A DNA stretch of 64,000 nt, from positions 3,596,001-3,660,000 of the forward strand of contig CM114271.1 in the NCBI GenBank assembly GCA_050084515.1. Reading direction: 5' to 3'. The notes under the pieces were generated by a model that searched no databases, had not been told where the DNA came from, and saw only the letters and a list, made by a program, of their open reading frames with translations. The stretch comes from Blasia pusilla (Eukaryota). This document shows, in pieces, positions 22,701 to 36,800 of the stretch (within the stretch, counting starts at the first letter, position 1; each line of letters opens with the position of its first letter). Position numbers and translations under genes: made by a program.

Positions 22701-25700
22701 TTCATTTCTTACCGGTGTTTTTGGCTTGCGTATCTCATTTGATGCAGTCACAGGGCAGTCAACGCTTGTTTGGCGCCTTTGTACTCTGTGGAGGGTATGC
22801 ATGTGGTGACGGTTGAAGGTATTGGAAGTCGTCGAAAAGGTTTACATCCGGTGCAGGTATGACTGGAAAAATGCACTTACTGTCAGCACGAATGCTCCCA
22901 GTTATCCCATATCCTACTTGACGGGTATTTTCGTATGTAGTGGTAGTGCACTCGTGCTTTAGTTTAGTTTCATTTGACTCCTGCTATTGGTCGACAACGA
23001 GTGAATTGAATATATTTGGGCTGCAGTGGATTCACTGTCCTCTGCAGCTTCCACTCTCAATTGTCCCACTCTATGCTGTCCTCTTCTTCGTGTGCGGATC
23101 TTTTGGCTGTTGTGAATCCAGTTTGCGAATTCAAGCGATCCACTCCAGAATCAGTTCCATAGTTGTCCCGATGTGAGCAACAATGAAACGGAATGGATTT
23201 TGTGTGTAAGTGATCCAGATGTACTTTCGAAGTGATCGGTGAGTGAGAGAAAGAGTACAACGTTTCAGAATGAGATAGACTTGGAACAGACAAAGTGCCA
23301 AATGATCTGTAGAAGGCTCCCTTAAATTTCGTGGTCATCTCCCTTTCATACACCTCTTGTTAACCGCTTTGTGCTTTGAGAGCGTGTATCCGTGTATGAA
23401 CCTGTTAGACCTCTTGTTTGATCCTGCCTGCATGCTGAACTTGATTCCAGGACGCTCTGGCTACCTCTCATGGTTCGCAATGCGGGTTTTGTACACCAGG
23501 ATTCGTGATGTCAATGTACTCCCTCTTACGGGCTTCTAAAGGTGCTCCAACAGAGGATCAAATAGAAGAGGCTCTTGCAGGGAATCTGTGCCGGTGCACT
23601 GGATATCGTCCAATTCTGGACGCATTCCGTAGGTTTGCAAAGACTGACCCTTCTCCATACACTGAGGAAGCTATCAAAGCAAGCAGTGGACAGGCGTTAG
23701 ACAGTGCGGTGGTGGAGGTTGGGACCACAGTATGCCCTTCCACAGGAAAGCCTTGTAACTGTGGAAAAGTCTCAACAGTGGATGCTCAGAATAACGGCTC
23801 AAAGCAAGAGGTGAAGAGTAGCACAGGAGAGCCGATATTTCCACCTGAATTGCATACTAGAAAAACCCTTCCTTTGTATCTAAGAGGGCAAAAGGGGTTG
23901 AATTGGTTTCGCCCCACTACATTAGGTGATCTCTTGGACTTGAAAATGAAGTATCCAGATGCGAAGTTGGTGAACGGGAATACAGAAGTCGGAATAGAAA
24001 TTCGCTTCAAGAATCTCGAGTATCCGGTGCTCATTGCAACAACTCACATACCTGAGCTTAATGTAATAAAGTCCTCGGATGAGGGTCTAGATATAGGTGC
24101 TTCAGTTACTCTTACAAATCTCATGGAAGTTCTCAAAAAGAGTTCTAATGAACGGAAGGTTCATGAAACTTCAGTCTGCACAGCTTTCACAGATCAGCTG
24201 AAATGGTTTGCAGGAAGTCAGATACGAAATGTTGCCTCTGTGGGAGGAAACATTTGCACTGCAAGTCCAATCTCAGATTTGAATCCTCTGTGGATAGCTT
24301 CTGGAGCAACTTTCACTGTTCTCGGTCACGGCAGGGTGTCAAGGACGGTGAAAGCTGCTGACTTCTTCACTGGTTATCGCAAGGTGGACTTGAAAAGAGG
24401 AGAAATTCTTGCATCTGTTTTCCTCCCTTGGACTAAACAATACGAGTACGTAAAGGAGTTCAAGCAAGCCCACCGTCGAGATGATGATATTGCACTCGTG
24501 AATGCTGCTATGCGCGTGTCTCTAGCGAAAAATGAAGGAAGCTGGACTGTCCTGGAGGCATCCCTTGTCTACGGTGGAGTAGGTCCAACTTGTGTGATAG
24601 CAACAAAGACGGAGACGTATCTGCAGGGAAAGCCATGGACGCAGGAAACTGTAGAGAATGCCCTCTCTTACCTTCCAGAGGACATCAAAATAGGAGACAA
24701 TGCCCCTGGTGGTATGGTTGAGTTTCGGAGGTCATTGGTCACCAGCTTCTTTTTCAAGTTTTCTCTATATGTGATGTACAATCTTGAGCGTGAAGCAGAT
24801 TTTTGTCATGACCTGCCAGATAGTTACAGATCAGCGGTTGCACCGTATCATCGAGAGATGCCCCATGGGTTACAGATGTACGAGACCCAAATGTCCGACA
24901 CCAGTGTTGGCCAACCATTGATGCACATGTCTGCTCAGCTCCAGGTAAGTGACCTGCTGAAGATGATCAATTTGTAACACGTTGTAGTAGTATGTTTATA
25001 GCCTTCACTCGGTATACTCTGTTGGGTTTCTCTATTCTTACTGATTCTCCGTTCATAGCTTTCACCTTCTGTGAATGCAAGCACTGTAGATTGGACAGTT
25101 CTCAGGACCTGATATCTTGTTCTTTTGACTGGTGAAGTTTCTGTGTGATTTTTAGTGATTCTCCACCCATAACAGCCCGTTGAAACCGGGCTGTAGATGA
25201 TACCACTCTATTTGATGAATGGCAGTGCTTCATCTAATTTCTCGGAAATCCATAACAGGTGACAGGGGAGGCAGAATATGTAGATGACGTTCCATCCCTT
25301 ACAAATACTCTCCATGCTGCTCTGGTGCTTAGCACAAGGCCTCATGCTCAGATTTTGTCTGTGGTCTCGAAAGCAGCAGAATCACAACCTGGTTTTGAGG
25401 GGTTCTTTTCAGCCAAGGATGTCCCCGGAGGAAACGATGTTGGAGCAGCTATACATGACGAAGAGCTTCTCGCAACCAAATTTGTAACTTGTGTAGGACA
25501 GGTAAGAATCTATCTACACTTGTTTTAGACTCCGTACAGGTGATTGCCTCGTGGTTACATGGGGTGCCACTAATGAACCTCTACTTTTTCTCGCTTTTGA
25601 TCCCAAAATTACTCCAATTGTCTCCTGCTGTTACAAGGGAAACTTCCTGAAGAAGTCTGGTTCGAATTGGCGCCTATGAAGTGAGATCAGCATTGCTAAA

Positions 25701-28700
25701 ATGTGGGATAACCTGAAAATGAGAAAACATAAACGCAGGAAGGGAAGACTCAGCGGAAATGCAATCGTTAGTCCATGAACAGAATCAATTCCGGTGTCTG
25801 TCTATGGCTTAAAAGGCGATTCTGAGTGCCTCCCAGTTCCATCCCTTCTGGCATGTAATTTATTTCCTCACATTGGAAGGCTTTGACGAACGACCTCATA
25901 ATATATTCTTGTCTCGGGGGCAGGTGATCGGAGTTGTCGTAGCTGACACGCATCAAAATGCAAAAGCAGCAGCACAGAAGATTGTCGTCGAGTACAAGGA
26001 CTTGCCTGCAATTTTGACCATCGATGATGCTGTTGCAGCACAGAGCTTTCATGAAATCTTTCCAGCACGTAGGGAACCAGCAAAGCGGGTGCTACAAACT
26101 GGAAACGTGGATGACTGTTTTGCTAGTGGGGAGTGTGAACATGTCATAGAAGGTGTGGTGCAGATGGGTGGTCAGGAGCACTTTTACTTGGAACCCAACT
26201 CCTCTTTAGTCTGGACAGGGGATGGTAGCAATGAAGTGTTCATGATTTCATCCACACAGGTAAGTCTAGGCCTCGTTGAGGGCTTTTCACGAAGAACGTT
26301 GATACTGTATGCATGTTTAGGGTATTTCTAGTGCAGGCATTTGGTGAAAGCCAGCTAGGAATTTGAAGCGCACCAGGTGGGAATTGCGTTATCATAGTCT
26401 GTGCATGGGTACTTTTCCAGGAATTACTGAACAGTGTTTTGTATAGAATTGAGCGATTCTATTGATTGATGAACAGTCCAATGTGATGATTTTGAGAAAA
26501 GAGATATGTCTGTAGCAGGTCATGAAATTGATCAGCTTCCACAAGAATCCTAGAGGTCTGTCGCAGTTTGACCAAATTCGTTGATTTACATCTGGCTTTG
26601 GGGCAGATTCTTAGAACATTCAGAAGCCCATTTTAATTGCAGACCCATAAGTACGTCATCAATATTACGTGCAGGCACCTCAAAAGAGCCAGGCAGTTGT
26701 TTCCCATGTGCTCAACATTCCGATGAGCAAAATTGTGTGTAGAACAAAGCGAATTGGTGGTGGATTTGGTGGAAAAGAAACAAGATCAGCATTCATCTGT
26801 GCTTTGGCAGCTTTGCCAGCCTACATTTTGCAGAAGCCAGTTAAGATCACCTTGGACAGAGAGGTGGATATGGCCGTGACTGGGCAAAGGCACGCTTTTC
26901 TCGGAAAATACAAGGTATCTCCAAATAAACATCGCTTGTATGTCCTTGTTGTTGAAATTTGTTAATATCTAGTTTAGTCATGCCCTAAAAGTAGTTAGTC
27001 AGATACTAACTTAGTTGGATACTAATTTAATTAGCTAGAGATAACTTAGTGTTCCTCTATCTTTTTAGGGTAACCTTGAATTAGGGCAATTCTCGAGTTA
27101 GGGCTAGCCACCATCTGTTATCTGTTCAAGAAGATCTAAGGGCCAGAAGTGCTCACCCTCATGTATATAATGTTACTCAAATATCAAATAGAAGCTAATT
27201 CTACAGCATGCACAGTTTTGGTGAGGACTCCGGAGGTTCTTGGTCCTGCTGCAAAGCGATCAGAGAGTAGGAAGAGGAGATTGAGACTAATTGTTGTGCT
27301 TGCTAGAGCCTCACTGGAAGGCAGATTGTTTTGTCTAATATGCTGATGGAGATTGTTTATGCTCAATGAGGTGAGCCATGTCTGATTTCTGAGCTGGTGA
27401 CATGTGAGGATCTGTAGTGTGAGTGCAAGGTGTAACTGTGTAGAATCCTTCTTAGTATCTCTTAAATAATAATAAGAGTCACATCATGGTAGGGCTCTGA
27501 TTTGGCAAAAGAGATAGAAACTGATTTGCTGATTGTGTACAAGCTGAAATCATGGATGGTCTAGCTGATGCTAGCTCTGACTTTGTACAAGGAGATACTT
27601 CTGCTGGTCAATCATTTTCTCACTTGTTGGGTCACCTCCCTCCCTTCAAAAGGAAGAGAACTCATATTCAATTCCTCCCTGCCTTGCTGTTTCTTGTGTA
27701 CTGAAAGAATTCCAATGCCATGAGAGTTTCTGTCCGGCGGTTTATCCCAATCATAATAATCCAATACATAATTGGCAACTTCAAGATTGAGAAAGAGGTC
27801 TGATGAGCTTTCTCTTTATTTTCATCAGGTGGGATTCTCCAAAGAAGGGAAGGTACTTGCAGTGGACCTAGACCTTTACAACAACGGTGGTAACTCATTG
27901 GACTTGTCACATGCAATTCTTGAGAGGTCTATGTTCCACTCAGATAATGTATATGACATACCACACATGCGAGTTCGTGGCAAGGTTTGCCGCACTAATC
28001 AGCCCAGTCATACAGCATTCCGAGGATTCGGTGGCCCACAAGGAATGCTCATTGCAGAGAACTGGATAGAACACATTGCTCGCACTCTCAGACGGTCTCC
28101 TGAAGAAATAAGGGTAGAGTGCCTACGCTGGATCAGATGTGTATCACTACCAACATTACGTTCTTGTTTCAGAGATCATGATTATCGGATAGAGTCATTC
28201 TTGGTTTCATTTATCTCTTATCCGCATGGAACGTTAAAAGTAGTCAAGAGTAATGAGTAATTTTCTTTTATATCCATCTTTGAGTTTGGACTTCAGGTAA
28301 GACTGGAGGTCTTGTAAGAGCATTAGAAGTGAATACATACCCTCCTCCAAGATAGTTGTGCACCCTTTTGGCCCTCATAGGTATTATGTTCTACTAATGC
28401 ACAATGACGAAGACGTACAAACTTTGTGATAACAGGAGCTTAACTTTCATAAAGAAGGGCACATTTTACACTATGGACAACCAGTACTTCGGTGCAACGT
28501 GCAAAAGGTGTGGGAGGAACTGAACAGATCTTGTGAGTTTGAAAAAAGGCGAAAGGAAGTGGATGAATTTAATGCGTGCCATCGATGGAAGAAGAGAGGG
28601 GTGGCTATGGTCCCCACCAAATTTGGCATCTCCTTTACAACTAAATTCTTCAATCAGGTGAACTCTTTCAGGGGGTTTATGATAATGAAGATGTGAAAAG

Positions 28701-30819
28701 ATCATACTCGACTCCAAGGAAGATTTATCTTGACCAAGAAGCTTGTAATTCCAGGAAGAGATCCAACATGGTCCAAAAAGCTGACACACTTCCCTCTGGT
28801 TTCTGCAGGCGGGAGCGTTGGTACAAGTTTACACGGACGGAACAGTCTTGGTAACACATGGGGGAGTTGAAATGGGACAAGGATTGCATACAAAGGTGGC
28901 CCAAATTGCAGCAACAGCTTTCGGTTTACCAGCAAGTTCAATTTTCATCTCCGAAACCAGCACTGACAAGGTTCTTCCTTAACTTTTTCCGTTGGATTCA
29001 TCCTCTTTTATTTCTTGCTGAGGGACCAGGCTTAGCACCATGCCTGCAGGGTACAAATATGAAACACGAGATATAAGTTGAGTTCGCCAGCTTCTAAAAG
29101 ATGGGCAGAACTGACATCAGAAAAAGGAAATTTCCATCCATGGTCTTTTTACTCGATCTCTTTCACTCACTTATTTCACAGGGCATGGGATCAAGTTGAG
29201 CATGTATAAAATATCAGCTCAAAAGTGGATTTCAAGTGACTGACCCTCTCACCGAATGAACTCTATATATTTTCCAGGTGCCAAATGCATCACCCACAGC
29301 AGCTTCGGCAAGTTCTGACATGTATGGAGCTGCAGTTCTTGATGCATGCGAGCAGTTAAAGGCTCGCATGAAACCCATATCAGAGAAGATGCCTCAAGCC
29401 TCTTTTGCTGAGGTACATTCAAAGGGGACCTAGTGTGTTTTCAATTCTTGATTCACTTCATATACCTCTTGAAAAATGCCTTGGATCAGAGATTTAGGAG
29501 ACTGAAAAGTTTGACTACACTTCTCCAATGTTGCAGGTGGTGAGTGCAAGTTACATGGAAAGGATAGACCTTTCAGCCCATGGATTCTATATGACTCCCA
29601 ACATTGGTTTTGATTGGGATGTTGGCAAAGGCAAGCCCTTCAACTACTATACCTTTGGGGCTGCCTTTGCAGAAACTGAAGTCGACACCCTTTCAGGAGA
29701 CTTCCACCTCCGTCGTGTTGATATTGTCATGGACGTGGGAAAATCCTTGAATCCTGCGATCGATATTGGTCAGGTCAGTCTTAATCTCATGTCGTTCACC
29801 ACCACATCATGCTGCTTTTTCTATAGCCTGAGACACTGCAGTTTCTAGTTCCTGCTTTGGTGCTCCATCATAGGTGACAGATTTGTCAACCCCAAAAAGT
29901 TTCACCTTTTCTTGCAATGCAAGATAGGAAAGGCTTGGCAATGTCCTGGCCAAAGCTTATTATAAAGCCTCAGGCACAACCAGAAAGCAGATTACAAAAG
30001 GGGGGATGTCACCATGAGACTAATGTAGCGTGAGATTCCAATGGTGATGCTTCTTCATTGAAGGCGATGAATTACTTGTTAAGCTCACCAGGTTCTGACT
30101 TCATCCTGCAGATCGAAGGGGCATTTGTGCAAGGTCTAGGATGGATAGCTCTGGAGGAGCTTAAGTGGGGTGATTCAGCCCATCCATGGATAAGACCGGG
30201 TCATTTGTTTACACAAGGACCAGGAACATACAAAATACCAACATGTAATGATATTCCTTTGGACTTCCGCGTGGCAATTCTGAAGGTACAGCCTATTTAC
30301 ATCCTCCTTTGCATGACTTACCATCCACTCATCCCAATTCCCAATCACCTGTATTGCAGTCAAGAAGTTCATGAGTTCGTAGAACTCCGGGAAGTCAATA
30401 GCGATCTTTTTCAGTGGTGGGTTTCTTTTTGATCAAGTGCTCTTGAAGCCTTTGGAATGGCCACCAGTTTCCAAATCAGGATTGCTGGATGGAAAGCATT
30501 GCAATCTCCCCACATGATTGTTTAGGGAGAAGATGACCCAATGCTTGACTTGACTTGGAAAATGGCTATGATGCAGGATGTACCAAATCCTCTGGCAGTT
30601 CATTCTTCTAAAGCAATTGGAGAACCACCCCTTTTCCTTGCTTCTGCAGCTCTTTTCGCCATGAAAGATGCCATTTTATCTGCCAGAAGAGAGAGCGCTC
30701 TTGATGGCTGGTTTGTGTTGGATACTCCTGCAACTCCAGAGCGCATTCGCATGGCTTGTGCAGATCAATTTACAAAACCGCATGCGCCACATGACATTCG
30801 ACCGAAACTCAGTGTGTAG
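19773..30819 (+). CDS. XDH: Xanthine dehydrogenase (molybdo-flavoenzyme), 14 exons, ~1379 aa
   Basis: GT-AG exons: 19773-19932, 21938-22037, 22748-22856, 23451-24944, 25259-25501, 25924-26259, 26675-26914, 27829-28113, 28436-28657, 28809-28970, 29278-29412, 29537-29773, 30112-30285, 30577-30819 (4140 nt, in frame). Motifs: [27 protein letters not shown] (2Fe-2S); [11 protein letters not shown] (FAD); [33 protein letters not shown] (Moco and catalytic residues). Confidence 0.96.
20865..21195 (+). pseudogene. Degenerate, internally deleted relic of the CRE-like element in XDH intron 1
   Basis: cattgtgagtgtcac..cttggtgtgcat..gggggtgataggattgccactcacgatgctgtg matches 13727-13820. ctagccatagagatgtatgggactatggggaagagatttgac matches 14086-14130. 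Confidence 0.8.
22206..22284. repeat. Perfect 37-bp inverted repeat with 5-nt loop in XDH intron 2
   Basis: gtaccttgtaatctacggtctggttttcctgctgcac-AAAAA-gtgcagcaggaaaaccagaccgtagattacaaggtac. Confidence 0.95.
26960..27670. mobile_element. Possible solo LTR in XDH intron 7
   Basis: Begins TGTTAATAT, has tagtt-rich U3-like sequence and a TATA-like gtatataa at ~27163, and possibly ends ATATTCA. No clean TSD. Confidence 0.4.
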
Positions 30820-33800
30820 TTAGTCATGAAAGGCAGAAGCCAAAGCTATAAGAGTACAAAAGAGATTTTCTAATTTCGTTTCTTTGTTCACATCTGAGCT
30901 CTCAGAGTTCAAAATCTGCGTCTCCAAGTTCCAAGCCAACTATAAATGAGCAGGTATTCCAACTCCATGCCACTCTCCAAAGTTCGATCTTCTTTACCAC
31001 TCGGATTTTATGAATCTCTTGCTTCTTTTTGGACTAAAAATCTATGTGAATATACAACAATATGCAATGCAAGAGGATTTCAGTTTGGTTACGTCTATGT
31101 TTGACGTCATTTGGGGAATCGCAATGGGTGTTGTATAAGATGTATGGATAGATACACAAGATGAAATTGAAAATGGTAGACCACATTTACAAACTAATCA
31201 TGTTCATACGAGCACTTGAATTAAATTTATATGTCAATTGTTGAATCCTAGATGGATGACAAAATAGGAAGGCTATGGGAATTCTGAATAGCATTTCCTC
31301 ATATATGCCGCTCTTTAGCATTTACAAGCTCAACATATATTTACCATCATATGGTATCACAATGGCAAAAGTGACCAAAGTTTGGCAACTCTCCAGCTCT
31401 CAAAAGACACCTTCATGATCCGTCGGTCAAGATGACGAGGATACCCAACCTTTTGTATTATAGTGAAGGTGGGATAGTAGAGATCTGTAAACAAGCTTTG
31501 GTCCTACGGCAATATAGTAACATGGAATCCCAAACAAACTTTGGTTCTCCTATGGCAATATATAGCAAGATGGAATCCCACTTTAATCCTCCTCGATATC
31601 TATACAACAAACATTGGAGGAGAGTCTTTGCAAAGAGGAAATTACATGTGTTTAACGCCCAATCAGTCATGTATCCATGAGGACATTTTTGTTAGCAACA
31701 ACCACCGTAGCACATTTTGGTAAAATAACGTTTATCCAATTGAAGAATAAGTTTGCGAAAAAGTAGTTCTCCAAATAGGGATGAGAAAAATGCATCAATA
31801 GTTTGAGAATAGATATTATGAGTCATGATCATACTACCCAAATAGTCCTTACATTTCAGGAAATGATTTGAACATATTAAGAAAACTCCCCTAAAGGAAA
31901 TGATTTATAAATCTTAACAAATTGTAGAAAGCTTCAACTCAAAAAAAAAAATCAAGTATTTCTATAGTACTAAGATAATAAAGGTCTTATTTGCAGAACT
32001 ATGTTATATTAATACTTTAGAAAGATGTAAGACCTAGGTTATCTTAATTATGTAGATGATGAAGTATTTTCATTTTAAGAATGACTCATATTTTTTTAAG
32101 ATAGTTGATCAACATAATTTCCTTGGGGATGGTGAGGCATGCCCTAAGAGTTTGGCTTATGTCTCAAAGCTTTTTTAAGCCCTCACTTTCAAGATATGTT
32201 TATGGACTTTTTCATCCATATTTTCTTCAAGTAGACATGAAATCTAATAGAGCATGTTCTGCATTTGAAAATATGAAGAGATCGTGTCATTTTCCTTAAA
32301 AGCATCTTCCTTATGCATACAAAACAGAGAAAGTTGGATGGAAGACTAACCATCTTCTATATATGGATAAACTATCCCTCCATTTCCATGATATCTTGGA
32401 TCTTTTAGGATTGTATCCCATGGACTATAATGGGGGTCATGGAAAGCCTCTTTTTTCAAACAGATAATATAGTAAGTTGTTTTATGATAGGAAAATATAC
32501 CATAGACCATTGACTAATCCAATTTTCCAACCAATAGAGTTGGCAAGACGATAGCAATTTCCCGCACCCAAAAGATTTGTGCACAAGAATCAAATAGATT
32601 GTCTACACAATCATTTTGATTACTTATAATTGACTCAACTAGTAGAAGGTTAACAAAAGAGTTGCCAAGAAGCCTCAAAAACTCAATATAAACAACAAAT
32701 CCAAGTAATGGTTTCTTACGCTCTCAAAGCGCAGGCAAAGAACTAGTTTTTTTTCACTTGCAAAGTAGTTATTTCTACTTCTCTTTTGCTCTGTTTGGAC
32801 TCATTTTTGAATCACTGAAAAGGGGCATTTTATCATGCATGCAAAACACTTGCAATGTTGCAAGTGTTTTTTTAAGTATAATGAAGTACTCCTTTTTACT
32901 CGCAAAACATATGCGATATGTGGGAAGTTTCTTAATGTAGCACTTAACAAAATGCATTCCTATATTTTGCAGCTTGTTTGCAAGTCTTTTGTGATTGTAG
33001 GGACTCAAAATAAATTCTCAAATATACTAGAGAATTTGGTGCGTTCCAAGATATACAAAATCTAACTATACTTAGGATGGGTATGTTGAAAGGAAAAGGG
33101 CATGTGTTTATGAAAGGCATGTAGAAATCAATCCTTTAAAACTTGGATATTTGTTTGCCGATGGATAATATGAGACGATTATGAATTTCAAAAATCCATA
33201 ATACGTGCTTGGTTGAAAAAACTGGAATGGTTGTGATAGTTTGGACATATGGCTAAGGATGGTTTTTTTTTCTAGCTTGAACTAATTTTCTACTACCAAT
33301 GAAATTGCCTCAGTATTGTTCAAGGACTTGCAAGCCCTTGAATGTACTCATTGTTGGGGTGTGAATGCCAATAATTTAAAAAAGAAGGATCATTCAAAGT
33401 ACATTATAACAACTAAGCGGGGACCTTAGAAACTACCTTGTGTTTACTTATAGTAGTTTACGATAGGGCCTCAATAGGAAGAGCAATAGTGACTATGGCC
33501 AAGAAGTATCTCAACTTACTAGCTTTCCTCTCATTCTTTAAGATATATCTCTCTTCTGTCCGTAAAATTAGAATAAGAAAAGTGATGAAGTTTTCAATTT
33601 TTTTCTTCTTTTGCTTGCCTTTCAATTAGCATTTTGACATGCTCTAAAACCACACTAATAGGAATAGTTGAGTGACAAATAACAATGACACTCTAACCAT
33701 AGTTTAAAACTCTAAATATCACACTCGAATCTCTAAGGGCGTTGTTAATAAATGAGGATATCAATCTAATGAGTGTCTTTACGTAAAAAAGCAAAGGTTA

Positions 33801-36800
33801 GAGGAAAAGAAATATGTTTACTATTGTATGCACATGTCCATCTTAGGCACAGACATAAGTCCGCGGACACAAACTTTGTCTACATGCAACCTTATTAAAA
33901 AGTCGTTGAATATCTAAAATAATTTTATTCTCTATTCAAACCGTTGTGTCAATAATAATTTATTTAATTAAATCAAATGAATACTAATAATAGGAAACAA
34001 ATTAAAATTAAGGATTTTTTTAATTAATTATGGTTTTCTTAAATAATATGATAGTACTCAATAAGATTCACATATATATATACTCATTAGTTTGCTACAA
34101 CATGGAAAGTTATCCAAGCCTACCCCTATTTTCTTATTGATATTTTATTTTTTATTTTCCAAAGATATCTTCCTTTGAATCAATCATATTGAAAAACTAT
34201 TATCTTTAATATTTAAAGTTCTTATTGGTTTAATTTTCTAGATAAAGGGGAATTTTTTTTCAAGAGAATTAAATATCTGAAATTTTCTTTAATTTGTTTT
34301 AAAAGAGAATCAACGTTCCATAGAGTTTGAAATACTCCCTCATATTCCCATTTTCCACTTTTTAATCTAAAAAAGGTAGAGTTTCCTTAACTAGAATTTC
34401 ATTAAAAGAAGATAATCCTTAATTTTTTTTGCAGAAAAATTAAAATAACCTTTTTTATTATTTCAGGAATTTTTTTATGATTTAGATGGTAAAAGAAAAT
34501 TTTGAAGGGATAGTGAGAGATTCCTCCATGAGATATGAGTATAGCTTTTCTACTAAAGTTGAGATATTTATTTATATTTTGTAGAAAAACTACCCCATTA
34601 TTTCCTCGTTCCATCCTTTTTCTTTGACTTGGATTTATTTCATAAATTCCAATTACATTCATTATGAGTTTCTCTTTTTTATTATTTCTTTTGCTTTTTC
34701 TCCTTTATACCATTGGTAGCCACCATTGGGGTCCCACTTGCTTGGTGGCAAAGGGCAATGTGGAATGATGAAAAGATTTCTTTCTCTTTATGTTTACAAA
34801 GAATTTGTTCACATAAATAATAATTTCACTTTCCAAATATGAAAAATGGAATAAATTTAATTTTTGAATGAAAATCTAGTTCTAGGGACCTATTTGTGTG
34901 CCCCTTATACTATGGAAGAATATTTATATTTTAGATTCATTGATTTTATATGCTTGAATAGTCTATGTGTATTTTCTCACATAGGTATAATATTTTGTTT
35001 GAGAAATAGTTCACACATAGTTTTCCAAGCAAGTTTTCTTTTAACATTTTCTTTTGAGGAAATTTTCACAATGGGAATAATGTCTTGAATATCATATAGG
35101 TAATTTGTTGAGGACATAATATGCGGATGATAATGAATGAAAAGGGCATTATTTTCTACGAATTCTATGAACATTGCACATATTAACAAACAAAAGGAAA
35201 TACTTAAAATTTCTAGAATTATGAAAAAGAGAGAGAGAGAAAAAAAAATATTTATATATATCAATCATGAGTACGTATTGGACAAGAGCATGGAATGGCT
35301 AACTACAAAAGCGTGCATAAAAGATTAAAAATGAAGTAGAATAACCAAAAAAACTCACAAAGGAAGGAATAGGAAATCACACATAAATGCAACGATCTTT
35401 TGTATCGCTTAGCTAGTTTTGTAAATCTTTTAGAGATTATATATTCGATATACTCACGATTTCCTGTGATTCACTAGTAGAGAAGTAGAGACACAAACGT
35501 CATTTCCTTGTTATAACCTAAATAAGTTATCTAAGGAAGTATCTCCCATGGGGATAATAATGAAAATTTTAGGATATATTTTTATTTATTTATTTATTTA
35601 TGTGAATATGCATGAGTGGATGGCAAAGCTTATAACTTCTCCACCATACTTTTCCTTGTAAAGGGAGAAGTGAGTAGCCCTATTATCCACGTGGAAAAAT
35701 TATATTAGAGTATCTACACAATACATAAGTTGTAGTAAAGAAATAAGAAAGGAATTAGATCCATACCCTAAGGTATGGATCTAATTGAATTTCTCTATGA
35801 AGGCACAATTTTATGTTTTGGAATTTGTTTCTCCAAGGTTATTATTAAGTAATCTTTATCATTCTTTTTGTAAGGGATTAGACATTATGTTTCCATTTTC
35901 AAATATCAAAGCTAGTCATACAAATTCAAATTTTGAATTAGTAAGTTCAAGATTCTCTAATTAATGTGTTAAAATTTACTTATGGCATATTTAATGGTTG
36001 AGATTCTTAAAAGTAATTCTGTTAAATAAAATTTGATTTTGATATAAAATCAAATTTTATTGATATAATTTTAAATTTATATCCATTGAAATAAAAAATA
36101 GTTTAATAAGTATCTCATCATAATAATTTTACTATAATTAATTTAAATGAATTTTATGGACCATCAAATGCATGAAACTATAGGTTTTCTTTATTTTAAT
36201 TAAAAAATGAAATTCTATTATATAATTTCTCACATAATTTCCCATCTTCGATTTTATGGTTTTTTTTCTTGCATCGCACATGTCATTAAACCAAAATATT
36301 TACTATTCTCAATATTTGGGGTTAATTAAATTCAAACTTTCTAAGAGCATCATATGCCTTTTTTTATTATAAAATTAATTAATGTAAAATTTTCTCACTT
36401 AGACCTTCAAAACTAGTTGTGTTACATTCAAACATTAAAATTTAATTATTTTGGTTATTATCAAAGATAAGGTTGAATTTTCTACAAGAATGGAATAAAG
36501 AAAGAATTCAACTTCAAAAAAGAGAGAGAGAGAGAGAGAGAGAGATCTCGGAAGGAAAGAGAGGAAAGGATAAATTTTCATAAAAAAGGGACGAAAAAAA
36601 TATTTACAAGGAAGGACTTGCGAGGAATTTTTTTTAAATTTTTTACAAGAGAAGGAAAGAAAAATATGCAATTCTCATAGGGGAAAGGAAGGAGGAAAGG
36701 ATAAATCTATACTACTATTTGGGGAAGGTAAAGGAGGAAGGGATAAATTTTGAAGAAGGCATTGGAAGAATTGAGTTAGATTTCTAGTCCACTAAAACCT

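Noticed and set aside
19773-30819. Aldehyde oxidase instead of XDH
   Set aside because: The XDH-type substrate residues are present (Glu in GGKE, Arg in ILERSMFH) along with the XDH-type C-terminus RPKLSV.
32100-33420. Possible decayed DNA transposase (KDZ-like) relic
   Set aside because: Only faint motif hints in heavily mutated AT-rich DNA; not supportable without a profile search.
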